Numbered from the stretch's first letter, positions 11,769-22,055 are shown. The stretch is 60,478 nt of DNA from an uncultured Agitococcus sp. (GCF_937920075.1 NZ_CALETI010000172.1:1-60478), one strand, 5' to 3'. Notes: generated by a model from the letters alone, not told the origin. Numbers and translations are program-made.

Positions 11769-13630
11769 ACTTACTTTATTTAACCTTTGTTTTCCCCTTA
11801 GTGGGATTTTTGTTGTTAGCCTCATTCCGCCAACGTTTGTCTGAAAACGTCGCGGCAGTGATTGGTGTTGGCTCGATGGGCTTATCCGCTTTGACAGCTT
11901 TATATGTGGGCATGGACTTCTTACAAAACGTGCCACAAGGCGGCTCTTATGTGCAAACCTTGTGGACATGGATGCAAATTGGCGACTTTAACGCCAGTTT
12001 TGGTTTGCATTTAGACGGTTTGTCCTTAACCATGTTGGGTGTAGTAACGGGTGTTGGCTTTTTCATTCACTTATTTGCCTCATGGTATATGCGTGGTGAA
12101 AATGGCTTTGAGCGTTTCTTCTCTTATATGAACCTATTTGTTGCCAGTATGTTGTTATTGGTGTTAGGTGACAACTTAGTGCTGTTGTACCTAGGTTGGG
12201 AAGGGGTAGGCGTTTGTAGTTATTTATTAATTGGTTTCTACTATTTTGACAAAGCCAATGGCGAAGCAGCGATTAAAGCATTCACCGTCACGCGTGTGGG
12301 TGATGTGTTTATGGCCATTGGTTTATTTATTTTATTTAAAGAACTAGGCACTTTAGACATTCAGCAAATCGTTAAATTAGCACCAACCCATTGGCAAGCT
12401 AATGACCCGATGTTGGTCTTTGCTACCTTAATGTTATTAGGTGGTGCGGTGGGTAAATCAGCGCAATTACCGTTACAAACATGGTTGGCGGATGCGATGG
12501 CTGGCCCAACACCTGTTTCTGCATTGATCCACGCAGCAACAATGGTTACCGCTGGTGTGTATTTAATTGCACGTACTCATGGTTTGTTCTTAATGACTCC
12601 AGAAGTTTTGCACTTAGTGGGTGTGGTGGGTGCAGTCACCTTAGTATTAGCAGGCTTCTCCGCTTTAGTGCAAACCGACATCAAACGTGTGTTGGCTTAT
12701 TCAACCATGAGCCAAATTGGTTATATGTTCTTAGCTTTGGGTGTGGGTGCATGGCATGCGGCAATTTTCCACTTAATGACTCATGCCTTCTTTAAAGCTT
12801 TATTGTTCTTATCCGCAGGTGCGGTAATTATTGCTTGTCACCATGAGCAAAACATTTTCAAAATGGGCGGTTTGTACAAAAAGATTCCTTTTGTCTATGC
12901 CTGTTTCTTGATTGGTGGCGGTGCATTGGCAGCGTTCCCATTCATCACTGTAGGCTTTTATAGTAAAGATGCGATTTTGTTACAAGCCTACGCCAGTGGT
13001 AATACCGATTTATTTTGGGCAGGTTTAGTCGGTGCTTTGTTTACCTCTATTTATACCTTCCGCTTAATTTATATTGTGTTCCACGGCAAAGAAAATGGTC
13101 ATGCCCATGAAATTCATGGCGTTTCTTACTGGTTACCTTTAGGGGTGTTATTAGTGTTATCTACTGGCGTAGGTGCATTTATTCACCAACCTTTAGAAGG
13201 TGTATTGCCAGCCTTTGCCAGTCCAATTAGCGAAGAAACCAAACATTTTGTTGAAATCTTAGCCATTGGTACAGGTTTAGTAGGCTTGGCGATTGGTGCT
13301 GCGTTATTTATGGGTGAACGTCGTGTTCCAACTGCTTTAGCAAATAGTGCAGTGGGTAATGCCTTGTCTCGTTTGTGGATGAATGGTTGGGGTTTTGACT
13401 GGTTATATAACTGGTTATTCATTAAGCCTTATTTATTGATTGCCCATTTAAATCGTCATGACGGTATTGATAAAGCCATTGGTTTGATTCCCCGTCTTGC
13501 CCGTTTAGGACATAGTGCCGTCAGCACATCCGAAAATGGCCGTTTACGTTGGTACACAGCCAGTGTATTGCTTGGTGCAGTTTTAGTGCTAGGCATGGTG
13601 TTGTATCTACAATTAAATCTAAGAGGCTAA
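11765..13630 (+). CDS. nuoL: NADH-quinone oxidoreductase subunit L
   Basis: [38 protein letters not shown]. Confidence 0.98.
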   Translation: MNLLYLTFVFPLVGFLLLASFRQRLSENVAAVIGVGSMGLSALTALYVGMDFLQNVPQGGSYVQTLWTWMQIGDFNASFGLHLDGLSLTMLGVVTGVGFFIHLFASWYMRGENGFERFFSYMNLFVASMLLLVLGDNLVLLYLGWEGVGVCSYLLIGFYYFDKANGEAAIKAFTVTRVGDVFMAIGLFILFKELGTLDIQQIVKLAPTHWQANDPMLVFATLMLLGGAVGKSAQLPLQTWLADAMAGPTPVSALIHAATMVTAGVYLIARTHGLFLMTPEVLHLVGVVGAVTLVLAGFSALVQTDIKRVLAYSTMSQIGYMFLALGVGAWHAAIFHLMTHAFFKALLFLSAGAVIIACHHEQNIFKMGGLYKKIPFVYACFLIGGGALAAFPFITVGFYSKDAILLQAYASGNTDLFWAGLVGALFTSIYTFRLIYIVFHGKENGHAHEIHGVSYWLPLGVLLVLSTGVGAFIHQPLEGVLPAFASPISEETKHFVEILAIGTGLVGLAIGAALFMGERRVPTALANSAVGNALSRLWMNGWGFDWLYNWLFIKPYLLIAHLNRHDGIDKAIGLIPRLARLGHSAVSTSENGRLRWYTASVLLGAVLVLGMVLYLQLNLRG

Positions 13631-13639
13631 GTCAAGACC

Positions 13640-15205
13640 ATGATTCTTTCAGCACTGATTTTAATCCCCTTTATTGGTGGTTTCTTGTGTTGGGTCGGCG
13701 AAAAGCTTGGCCTCGGTGTTCCACGCTGGATTGCCTTGATTAGTATGGCAGCCGTGTTGGGTTTAGGTTGTCAGTTGTGGATGCAGGGTGATTACTCTTT
13801 AGCAAATGCAACTGTTGGAACAGCGCCTCATTGGCAATTAGAAGAGCGTTATACATGGATTCCTCACTTAGGTGTGAGTATCCATTTGGCTTTAGATGGC
13901 TTGTCTTTGCTCATGGTCATGTTAACAGGCTTATTGGGTATTATGGCCATTGGCTGTTCTTGGACAGAAATTCAACGTCATGTTGGCTTCTTCCACCTTA
14001 ACTTATTATGGAGTTTGGGTGGTGTTATTGGCGTATTCATTTCTTTAGACATGTTCTTATTCTTCTTCTTTTGGGAGATGATGTTAGTTCCTGTTTATTT
14101 CTTAATTGCCTTATGGGGGCATGCAGGCTCTGATGGTAAAAGCCGTATTTATGCAGCTAATAAGTTCTTTATTTTTACCCAAGCTGGCGGCTTGATTATG
14201 TTGGTGGGTATTTTGGCTTTAGTGTTAGTCAATTACCAAGCAACAGGCGTATTAAGTTTTGATTACGATGCCTTATTAGGTGCACATCAATACATGTCAC
14301 CTAATTTAGAAATGGCCTTAATGTTAACGTTCTTTGTCGCTTTTGCCGTTAAGTTACCGATTGTGCCAGTTCACTCTTGGTTGCCAGATGCCCATGCCCA
14401 AGCCCCTACCGCAGGTAGTGTTGACTTAGCAGGTATTTTGTTAAAAACAGCGGCTTATGGTTTATTGCGTTTTGGTTTGCCATTCTTCCCGAATGCCTCT
14501 GCTGAATTTACGCCAATCGCCATGTGGTTGGGTATTTTTGGCGTGTTTTATGGTGCATTCTTGGCTTTTGCCCAAACCGATATTAAACGTTTAATTGCTT
14601 ATACCAGTATTTCCCACATGGGTTTTGTGTTGATTGGTATCTACTCTGGTAACTTATTAACCTTACAAGGTTTAGTGATTCAGATGTTGGCACATGGTAT
14701 TTGTGCAGGTGGTTTGTTTATTTTATCTGGCCAATTGTATGAGCGTATCCACACCCGTGACTTGCGTGAAATGGGTGGTTTGTGGGGACGTTTTAGCTAT
14801 TTACCTGCGTTATTAATGGTATTTGCCGCCGCTTTATTAGGGATTCCTGGTACAGCAAACTTTATTGGTGAATTCTTGATTTTGTTGGGTGCATTTAAGG
14901 TTGTGCCGTTAATCACCATTATTGCCACTGCTAGTTTAATTTTGGCAGGTGTTTACTCCTTAATTATGATCCACCGTGCCTTATTTGGTCAGGCAAAATC
15001 TGACGAAAAATTGCCTGATTTATCAGGTCGTGAATTGGCATTAGTGGTCAGTTTAGTGGGTATCTTGGTGTTTTTAGGTTTATATCCACAACCTGTATTA
15101 AATGTTTCGCAAGCATCAATGGCACGAATTGAGCAAATTTATGCTCCAAAAGCCATCACTGTGCCTGCTGTAATCAATACCCCAGCACCCACATTGGCTC
15201 CCTGA
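13640..15205 (+). CDS. nuoM: NADH-quinone oxidoreductase subunit M
   Basis: FFFFWEMMLVP, HSWLPDAHAQAPTAGS. Confidence 0.98.
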   Translation: MILSALILIPFIGGFLCWVGEKLGLGVPRWIALISMAAVLGLGCQLWMQGDYSLANATVGTAPHWQLEERYTWIPHLGVSIHLALDGLSLLMVMLTGLLGIMAIGCSWTEIQRHVGFFHLNLLWSLGGVIGVFISLDMFLFFFFWEMMLVPVYFLIALWGHAGSDGKSRIYAANKFFIFTQAGGLIMLVGILALVLVNYQATGVLSFDYDALLGAHQYMSPNLEMALMLTFFVAFAVKLPIVPVHSWLPDAHAQAPTAGSVDLAGILLKTAAYGLLRFGLPFFPNASAEFTPIAMWLGIFGVFYGAFLAFAQTDIKRLIAYTSISHMGFVLIGIYSGNLLTLQGLVIQMLAHGICAGGLFILSGQLYERIHTRDLREMGGLWGRFSYLPALLMVFAAALLGIPGTANFIGEFLILLGAFKVVPLITIIATASLILAGVYSLIMIHRALFGQAKSDEKLPDLSGRELALVVSLVGILVFLGLYPQPVLNVSQASMARIEQIYAPKAITVPAVINTPAPTLAP

Positions 15206-15212
15206 GGTTATT

Positions 15213-16679
15213 ATGAATCTGACTTTTGAGACTTTTTTACCTCTGTTGCCAGTTGGCATTTTGGGTGCAACAACGGTTGTGGTGATGTTGGCAATTGCCT
15301 TCTTGCGTCATCATTGGTGGAATGCAACGATCACAGTGGTGGGTTTAAACCTTGCCTTGGCTTCAGTGATTGCTTTAGTTTGGCAAGGTACAGCACCAAC
15401 AGCCATTACGCCATTATTGGTCGTTGATAATTTTGCTTATTTTTATATGGCTTTGATTTTGGTGGCAGCATTGGCTTGTTCCACCTTAACCCATGCTTTT
15501 ATTGATAGTTACAAAAACAACCGTGAAGAAATGTATTTGTTGTTGTTGATTGCAACCGCAGGTGCTTTGGTATTGGTTTGTAGTCGGCACATGGCTTCGT
15601 TCTTTATTGGTTTAGAGTTAATGTCTGTGCCTGTCTATGGCATGGTGGCTTATACTCATCATCGTAGTCGCTCCTTAGAAAGTGGCATCAAATACATGGT
15701 GTTATCCGCAACAGCTTCTGCTTTTATGTTGTTTGGTATGGCGTTAATTTATGCCCAAACAGGCACATTAGCCTTCTCAGGTGTCAGCGAACAATTAGGC
15801 GGTGGTGCACCCATCGGCCATTTAGCCACTTTTGGCGTTGGCATGATTGTGATTGCGATTTGTTTTAAATTGTCTTTAGCACCGTTCCATTTATGGACAC
15901 CCGATGTTTATCAAGGCTCACCAGCACCTGTTGGTGCGTTTTTAGCTACCATTGGTAAAGTGTCTGTATTTGCGGTGTTGGTTCGCTTTTTAGTTGAAAC
16001 ACCGTTTGAATTTACCTTGCCATTACGCGAAGTGTTTAGCGTAATTGCCGTTTTATCCATTTTATTGGGTAACTTATTGGCATTAATGCAAACTAACTTA
16101 AAGCGTTTATTGGGTTATTCCTCAATTGCCCACTTAGGTTACTTATTGGTGGCTTTAGCGTCTGGTGGCGGTACAGCGTTAGAAACGGTACATGTTTACT
16201 TGTTAACTTACGTGTTAACCTCTTTAGGTGCTTTCGGTGTGGTGACTTTAATGTCACAAGGTAAAGACGACGAAGATGCTGACAGCTTACATCACTATCG
16301 TGGTTTATTTTGGCGTCGTCCTTATTTAACCGCAGTGATGACAGTGATGATGTTGTCTTTAGCAGGTATTCCGTTAACGGCAGGCTTTATTGCTAAGTTT
16401 TATGTGATGTTAACTGGTGTGAATACTGGCAACTGGTGGTTGTTAGGCGTGGTGATTTTAGGTAGTGCGATTGGCTTGTATTATTATTTACGCGTCATGG
16501 TCACCCTTTATATGGCTGCTTCTGGTATGCCTAAACATGATGCGGCTAACGATTGGGGACAACGTACTGGCGGTATTATGGTATTAGGTGTTGCTGGTTT
16601 AGTGTTATTGTTAGGTATGTATCCACAACCAGCTATCGAAGTTATTAGAATGGCTAAGTTGTTGATTTTACCGCACTGA
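15213..16679 (+). CDS. nuoN: NADH-quinone oxidoreductase subunit N
   Basis: FKLSLAPFHLWTPDVYQG, KRLLGYSSIAH. Confidence 0.98.
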   Translation: MNLTFETFLPLLPVGILGATTVVVMLAIAFLRHHWWNATITVVGLNLALASVIALVWQGTAPTAITPLLVVDNFAYFYMALILVAALACSTLTHAFIDSYKNNREEMYLLLLIATAGALVLVCSRHMASFFIGLELMSVPVYGMVAYTHHRSRSLESGIKYMVLSATASAFMLFGMALIYAQTGTLAFSGVSEQLGGGAPIGHLATFGVGMIVIAICFKLSLAPFHLWTPDVYQGSPAPVGAFLATIGKVSVFAVLVRFLVETPFEFTLPLREVFSVIAVLSILLGNLLALMQTNLKRLLGYSSIAHLGYLLVALASGGGTALETVHVYLLTYVLTSLGAFGVVTLMSQGKDDEDADSLHHYRGLFWRRPYLTAVMTVMMLSLAGIPLTAGFIAKFYVMLTGVNTGNWWLLGVVILGSAIGLYYYLRVMVTLYMAASGMPKHDAANDWGQRTGGIMVLGVAGLVLLLGMYPQPAIEVIRMAKLLILPH

Positions 16680-16694
16680 TTAGCAGAGTAATCT

Positions 16695-16724
16695 AAAAGC
16701 CTTGTCGAAAGACAAGGCTTTTTT
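16695..16724. terminator. Bidirectional rho-independent terminator
   Basis: aaaagccttgtc-gaaa-gacaaggctttttt between convergent genes. Confidence 0.9.
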
Positions 16725-16726
16725 GT

Positions 16727-17200
16727 TTAAAGATTTAAATCACTTAAACTAGGATGATCGTCAGGACGACGGCCTAATGGCCAAAAGAATAAACGCTCGG
16801 ACGCTTTAATGGGCAAATCATTAATGCTAGCAAAACGACGCTGCATTAAGCCTTGTTCATTAAATTCCCAATTTTCATTGCCATAAGAGCGATACCACTG
16901 ACCACTATCATCATGCCATTCATAGGCAAAACGTACCGCAATACGATTGCCATCAAATGCCCATAATTCTTTAATTAAGCGATATTCCAGTTCACGCGCC
17001 CATTTTCGGGTTAAAAACTCAATAATTTGTGGTCGACCACGCGGAAATTCAGCACGGTTACGCCATTGACTATCTTCGGTATACACCAAAGACACACGTT
17101 GAGGATCACGACTATTCCAACCATCTTCAGCCATCCGTACTTTTTGGATGGCTGTTTCACGGGTAAAAGGAGGAACAGGTGGACGAATTTCGTTAGTCAT
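16727..17200 (-). CDS. DUF1348 / SnoaL-like (NTF2-fold) protein
   Basis: [41 protein letters not shown] are characteristic of DUF1348. Confidence 0.9.
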   Translation of the reverse strand: MTNEIRPPVPPFTRETAIQKVRMAEDGWNSRDPQRVSLVYTEDSQWRNRAEFPRGRPQIIEFLTRKWARELEYRLIKELWAFDGNRIAVRFAYEWHDDSGQWYRSYGNENWEFNEQGLMQRRFASINDLPIKASERLFFWPLGRRPDDHPSLSDLNL

Positions 17201-17215
17201 TATCGTATTCCTTTT

Positions 17216-17316
17216 TAGGACTTACGCGGTTATCGCTTATTTGCTCGCATTTAAATCGTTTTTAACGATTTTATGCTCACAAAACGCGCTAATTTCGGGG
17301 AAATGCGTCAGTCCTA
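17216..17316 (+). mobile_element. MITE-like element (101 bp), reference copy
   Basis: Terminal inverted repeats taggacttacgc / gcgtcagtccta; internal palindrome aaatcgtttttaacgatttt; multiple related copies in the window. Confidence 0.75.
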
Positions 17317-17322
17317 TTTTGT

Positions 17323-17967
17323 TTAAGGTTTAAATAGTTCAGCACCACCAGAGTGTAATGCGCGCTGCTGGTTTTGTAACTGCACTTTGAGTTGTGCAAT
17401 CTGTTGATGTAAGTCCGCTAATTGTTCAGTAAGCTCATCTTCACTATAACGGGGCGTAATATGTTTTGGACAATTCCAGTCCCATGCCTCAACACGAATT
17501 AAAATACCACGTTCAACAGGTGCGCGGTAATCAGGCATCTCTAATTGTGCTAATAATTCTGGATGATCATCAGCATGAATAATCTGTGTCGTTCCCCAAA
17601 GTTTTAAGCGACGTTTATTGGGGTAATCCATTAAAAATAAGGAAATTTTATTATTGGCAGTAAGGTTGCCAACACTTAGGTATTGCCGATTTCCAGAAAG
17701 ATCGGCATAACCCAAGGTACGACTGTCTAAGGCTTTTAAAAAGCCACGTGCACCACCACGATGTTGCACATACGGCCAACCTTCTTCGTTAACGGTTGCC
17801 TGATAAAAGCTATTACGTTCGGCAATAAAAGCCATTTCACGGGCAGTGAGTTCGTTACGAGGCTCAGTCGCCAGTTCAAAGCCTTGGTTTGCCTCACGAC
17901 TGCCGTAACGTGTTTGTGCCGATTTAACGGCTGGAGTAAAAGTTAATTCAGCAAAAGCACGGGGCAT
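17323..17967 (-). CDS. Pyridoxamine 5'-phosphate oxidase-like FMN-binding protein
   Basis: GWPYVQHRGG, GNRQYLSVGN, WNCPKHITPR; GGAG RBS before MPRAF. Confidence 0.88.
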   Translation of the reverse strand: MPRAFAELTFTPAVKSAQTRYGSREANQGFELATEPRNELTAREMAFIAERNSFYQATVNEEGWPYVQHRGGARGFLKALDSRTLGYADLSGNRQYLSVGNLTANNKISLFLMDYPNKRRLKLWGTTQIIHADDHPELLAQLEMPDYRAPVERGILIRVEAWDWNCPKHITPRYSEDELTEQLADLHQQIAQLKVQLQNQQRALHSGGAELFKP

Positions 17968-18004
17968 GATAGTTCTCCAAACCAAGGGGTGAACGCGGTT
18001 AGTT

Positions 18005-18040
18005 TAGGACTTGAATATTTCGGTGAAATGCCTAAGTCCT
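18005..18040 (+). repeat. Minimal MITE-family remnant (36 bp)
   Basis: taggactt...tttcggtgaaatgcctaagtcct, matching the family termini. Confidence 0.65.
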
Positions 18041-18294
18041 TACTTGTTAATCAGTTTTAGCAATTCGCCACTCTGTTCACAAGCAACTAAATCATTAAAG
18101 CCACCAATATGAACATCGCCAACAAAAATTTGCGGTACAGTACGACGGCCACTACGTGTAATCATAGACTCTAATTGAGTATCTGATTGATCAACACGGA
18201 TTTTTTCAACCGTTGCACCAACCCGTTTTAATAAATTCTCGGCTTGCACACACCAAGGGCAAGTACCTGTACTATAGACGGTGACAGCAGTCAT
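18040..18294 (-). CDS. grxC: Glutaredoxin 3-like
   Basis: CPWC active site, TVPQIF, HIGG. Confidence 0.85.
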   Translation of the reverse strand: MTAVTVYSTGTCPWCVQAENLLKRVGATVEKIRVDQSDTQLESMITRSGRRTVPQIFVGDVHIGGFNDLVACEQSGELLKLINK

Positions 18295-18319
18295 GATGGT
18301 TCTCCTCAGAGTTAAAAAT

Positions 18320-18365
18320 GGACTTACGCATTTCGCTGAAATAAGTGATAACTGCGTAAGTCCTA
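18320..18365 (-). repeat. Short MITE-family copy (left and right ends fused, no interior)
   Basis: ggacttacgcatttcgctgaaataagtgataactgcgtaagtccta. Confidence 0.75.
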
Positions 18366-18373
18366 AAAAATGG

Positions 18374-18913
18374 TTAGATAGTTAAAGCGACTTTTGGAAA
18401 GTCAATGTCAACACGGCTGGCTTTACCAATTAAGTTGGTTAAGAAGTTAAGACCAACGTGGGTAATCACTTCAACGATATCACTATCGCTATAGCCTGCT
18501 TGACGCATCGCTTGGATTTCACCTGTAGTGACTTCGCCTTTGTGTTCAATCAACGCACGGGCAAATTGCACAGCAACAGCAGCTTTTGCGTCTTGGCTGC
18601 CACCTGCACGATTTGCGGCCATTTCTTCATTGTCTAAGCCAGTTTTGCGGCCAATGGCGGTGTGTGCAGAAACACAATATTCACAAGTGTTTTGTTGAGC
18701 AATCGCTAAGGCAATACGCTCACGCGTGGCGGCATCTAAACTGCCTTCATTAGCGATACTGTGGAAGCCTAAAAAAGCACGCAATGCCGCAGGCGAATTA
18801 GCAAAAATTTTTAAGAAGTTTGGCACCATGCCTAGTTTCTGTTGGATGGCATCAAACAATGCTAATTGTTCTTGGTTAGCAGTTGCGTTAGTGACAGTGT
18901 TAATACGGCTCAT
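18374..18913 (-). CDS. AhpD/carboxymuconolactone decarboxylase family peroxidase-related protein
   Basis: GMVPNF, RERIALA, CEYCVSAH (CxxC-x-x-H). Confidence 0.88.
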   Translation of the reverse strand: MSRINTVTNATANQEQLALFDAIQQKLGMVPNFLKIFANSPAALRAFLGFHSIANEGSLDAATRERIALAIAQQNTCEYCVSAHTAIGRKTGLDNEEMAANRAGGSQDAKAAVAVQFARALIEHKGEVTTGEIQAMRQAGYSDSDIVEVITHVGLNFLTNLIGKASRVDIDFPKVALTI

Positions 18914-18940
18914 GATTTTTTCCTCGGTTAGGTTTGTTGG

Positions 18941-19020
18941 TGTGGCTATAGTGATATAGTTTGTTTTTTTAAAGAATCCTTGTTTTAGGTAATTATTTAT
19001 TGCCTAAAATGGAATAATGA
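18941..19020 (-). promoter_or_regulatory. Probable LysR-activated promoter of the ahpD-like operon
   Basis: Divergent to a LysR gene; ATT-N11-AAT-type dyad (attccattttaggcaat on the minus strand); aligns without gaps to 20104-20183. Confidence 0.55.
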
Positions 19021-19049
19021 TGGTATTAAAGATAAAAAAGGGGAAATAT

Positions 19050-19949
19050 ATGGATCGTTTAGACTTAATGACGATTTTTGTCGCTGTTGCTGAAGCCGAA
19101 AGTTTTTCGGGTGGAGCAAGACGTTTGGCGATGTCACCACCTGCCGTCACCAGAGCCATCTCAGCTTTAGAAAGTCGGTTGGCGGTTAAATTATTAGATA
19201 GAACAACACGTTATGTTCGAGTAACCGAATTAGGTCAACGCTATTTGGATGATGCTCGGCGTATTATTGCCGAAGTTGATGAAGCTGAAGATGCCTTGGT
19301 TGGCATTAATGGCACGCCCAAAGGGCAATTAACCCTAACTGCGCCAGTCTTATTTGGCAAAATGTTTGTCATGCCTGTGGTTGTTGAATATTTACAACGT
19401 TATCCCAGCATGGATGTCAGTGCCTTGTTTTTAGATCGTGTGGTTAACATGATGGAAGAAGGGGTAGATGTGGGCATTCGGGTTGGTGAATTACCGGATT
19501 CCAGTTTAAAGGCGGTGCGTGTCGGGCAAATCCGTCGGGTGTTATGTGCCTCACCACAATATTTGGCGGAATATGGTGTGCCTAATCATCCTCATGATTT
19601 GCAACAGCATCGAATTGTTGCGGCAACGGGGGTGACACCCAGTGTGGAATGGAAATTTTGGCAAGAGCAACAAGCTTTGTCGGTACGTTTGCGACCACGT
19701 TTAACGGTAACCACCAATGATGGTGCGATTGAATCTGCCTTAGCAGGCTTTGGGGTGACACGCTTAATGTCGTATCAAATTGCGCACTTTGTCGAGAGTG
19801 GTCAATTACAGATTTTATTGCCCGATTTTGAGTCAGCACCCTTACCGATCCATGTTTTGCATCGTGAAGGTCGGCATAAATCGGCGCGTGTGCGTAGTTT
19901 TGTCGATTTAGTCGTTGAACGTTTGCGCCAAGAAAAAGCCTTGAGTTAA
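19050..19949 (+). CDS. LysR-family transcriptional regulator (CrgA/DmlR-like)
   Basis: N-terminal wHTH (ESFSGGARRLAMSPPAVTRAISALE, LLDRTTR) and EGVDVGIR; start MDRL after a purine-rich RBS. Confidence 0.93.
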   Translation: MDRLDLMTIFVAVAEAESFSGGARRLAMSPPAVTRAISALESRLAVKLLDRTTRYVRVTELGQRYLDDARRIIAEVDEAEDALVGINGTPKGQLTLTAPVLFGKMFVMPVVVEYLQRYPSMDVSALFLDRVVNMMEEGVDVGIRVGELPDSSLKAVRVGQIRRVLCASPQYLAEYGVPNHPHDLQQHRIVAATGVTPSVEWKFWQEQQALSVRLRPRLTVTTNDGAIESALAGFGVTRLMSYQIAHFVESGQLQILLPDFESAPLPIHVLHREGRHKSARVRSFVDLVVERLRQEKALS

Positions 19950-19982
19950 TTAATGCCAGTCAGTTAATAGGAAGCTTTCTCT

Positions 19983-20091
19983 TAAAACTTACCCTTCGAC
20001 TTCGCTCAGGGGGCATTGCTTTGTTTGTTGAGCGGTGGTCACTGAGCGCAGTCGAAGTGAGTCGAAACAAGCAATAACCGAGTAAGTCCCA
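19983..20091 (-). repeat. MITE shell carrying a nested REP-like (CTTCGACTnCGCTCAG) cassette
   Basis: Right end aaacaagcaataaccgagtaagtccca matches the family end; interior 19992-20067 is the near reverse complement of 23377-23453. Confidence 0.7.
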
Positions 20092-20103
20092 TTAATCACA
20101 TTA

Positions 20104-20183
20104 AAATTATTGCAAAAATAACAATTATGATTTGCTTTTTATAGGTATTCTCGTTAATTAAAGAAATAATCACAATAGCACTC
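20104..20183 (+). promoter_or_regulatory. Probable second target promoter of the same LysR
   Basis: attgcaaaaataacaat dyad, then attct and atcacaatagc at the same spacing as in 18941-19020 (minus strand). Confidence 0.5.
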
Positions 20184-20220
20184 ATCAAATATTATTTATC
20201 TTCATCAAAAGGGTAAAACC

Positions 20221-21249
20221 ATGAGTGCTGTTGTTGCTTTATCGTCATGGCCAATTAACGCTGAAACACCAATGGCTAATGCGCCAAGTATTGAATTGCC
20301 TAATGGTTATATTGGCATTCCTCAGCACTATTTACGTTATCAACAAACCCTAAGATCTGTGCGTGCTTTACTCGCTGATATTCAGTTTGACGATAAAACC
20401 TTGTTGTTTGCAGGGCAAGACCATAATGGTTTGTATATGCAAGTGGGCATGATTGGCCGTGAAAATTATGAGCGTGGCGATCAACAGCGCCCACACAAAT
20501 TGGTTTATGGTCGTAAATGGCGTATTGACCGTGACACGCCAACCTCCGAAGTCATTCAAACGGCATTTTTGGCGATTAGCAAAGCCTATGAGCATGAAGT
20601 ACGAGAATTATTAACCGTAAAAGATGCTTGGCAAGCAAAGGTTAGTGCGCCATTTAGCTGTCATCAAGATTTGCCTTTATTGACAGAAAATGCTGATTTG
20701 GTTGCAGCAGAAGAGCAACCTCGTTTGCAAACTTTGGCCGATATTGAGCAATTATTGGCAGGTGTAAAGTTTGCTCAGCATGACATTGACGTGGTGAGTT
20801 TTCATGCTCAACAGCCATTTAGTTATTTAGTGGTACGTTTGGGCAATGCACCTTTGGCTCGTCAGCAAGAAGGGGATTTAGCCCATTTTAATCAACAATT
20901 GGTGTCAGTGACCTTGCAGGAGAATACCGTTTCTGAGGTGTTGTTTGCTTTGTTAGATAGCTTTTTGCACATTAATCAACGTTGGGTTGAGGAGACTTTT
21001 GCTTATCAAGGTTTTGCGCGTTTTAGTCGTAGCCTTGATCCACGTCAAATTGCGGCGGTGTCTGTTGCGACTCGTCCTTATCGTCGTGATGCAACGAATG
21101 AACATTTTAGCCGTGGTTTCCGTCAGGCCAATTATGATGTTGATCGTTCACGTGTGCCAAGCTTGGGAACGGGTTTTTTAGCCAAGCGTAATCGTGAGGT
21201 TATTCAAGCTTATCAAGGCTTATTGGGACATATGCCTGATGGGTTGTAA
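20221..21249 (+). CDS. Hypothetical protein with apparent internal two-domain duplication
   Basis: 342-aa ORF; GRKWRI..SEVIQTAFLAI..EHEVRE motif and a second similar segment SEVLFALL..VEETF; no family recognised. Confidence 0.8.
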   Translation: MSAVVALSSWPINAETPMANAPSIELPNGYIGIPQHYLRYQQTLRSVRALLADIQFDDKTLLFAGQDHNGLYMQVGMIGRENYERGDQQRPHKLVYGRKWRIDRDTPTSEVIQTAFLAISKAYEHEVRELLTVKDAWQAKVSAPFSCHQDLPLLTENADLVAAEEQPRLQTLADIEQLLAGVKFAQHDIDVVSFHAQQPFSYLVVRLGNAPLARQQEGDLAHFNQQLVSVTLQENTVSEVLFALLDSFLHINQRWVEETFAYQGFARFSRSLDPRQIAAVSVATRPYRRDATNEHFSRGFRQANYDVDRSRVPSLGTGFLAKRNREVIQAYQGLLGHMPDGL

Positions 21250-21257
21250 GCTAAATA

Positions 21258-22055
21258 TTAGTATTTTCTATACCAACCCTCAACAATTTCCACCAATTGT
21301 GCCAAACCATCGGTTAACGCCGCAGGGCCGGGTTGCAAAATATCTGCCGATTTAATTTCAAAAATTTGTTGGTTTTGTACCGCTGGCAAATGTTGCCAGC
21401 CTTCGCGTGCAGCCACTTGTTCGGGTCTAAATTTTCGCCCACACCAAGAGCCAATAATAATATCGGGGTGTTTAGCAATGACCTGTTGATGGTCAGCCAC
21501 AATCCGATTTTTTGCTAAAGACTGCCGAGCGTGTTCAGGAAAAGCATACTGCCCACCTGCAATTTCAATTAACTCAGCCACCCATTGAATACTGGTAATA
21601 ATGGGGTCGTACCACTCTTCAAAATACACAACGGGTTTAACGGTTCGTTGGCTATGTTGTTGTTTTAATTGCTCAATATATGCCAGACGCTCATTAACCC
21701 ATGCCAACGCTGCTTGTTGTTGGCCAACCATTGCCCCTAATTGCACACACATCGCCAAAATTTCGTTCACTGAGCGTTGATTAAAAATATAAACGTTCAC
21801 CCCTTGTTTAATCAATTCAGCCGCAATATCGGCTTGCAAGTCCGAAAACCCCAATACCAAATCGGGTTTAAGTGCCAAAATTTTGTCAATTTTGGCCGAG
21901 GTAAATGCTGAGACTTTGGGCTTTTCTTTGCGTGCTTGTGGTGGACGGACGGTAAACCCCGAAATACCCACAATGCGATGTTGTTGGCCTAATAAATACA
22001 AAAGTTCAGTAGTTTCTTCGGTTAAACAGACAATACGTTGGGGGAAAAAGTCCAT
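21258..22055 (-). CDS. BtuF-like cobalamin/Fe-siderophore binding protein (class III substrate-binding fold), no signal peptide
   Basis: PQRIVCLTEETTE, ILALKPDLV, ILQPGPAAL. Confidence 0.8.
   Translation of the reverse strand: MDFFPQRIVCLTEETTELLYLLGQQHRIVGISGFTVRPPQARKEKPKVSAFTSAKIDKILALKPDLVLGFSDLQADIAAELIKQGVNVYIFNQRSVNEILAMCVQLGAMVGQQQAALAWVNERLAYIEQLKQQHSQRTVKPVVYFEEWYDPIITSIQWVAELIEIAGGQYAFPEHARQSLAKNRIVADHQQVIAKHPDIIIGSWCGRKFRPEQVAAREGWQHLPAVQNQQIFEIKSADILQPGPAALTDGLAQLVEIVEGWYRKY

Noticed and set aside
18310..18373. aaaaatgg on both sides of the 18320 copy as a target-site duplication
   Set aside because: The left instance overlaps the terminal repeat and other copies show no comparable duplication.
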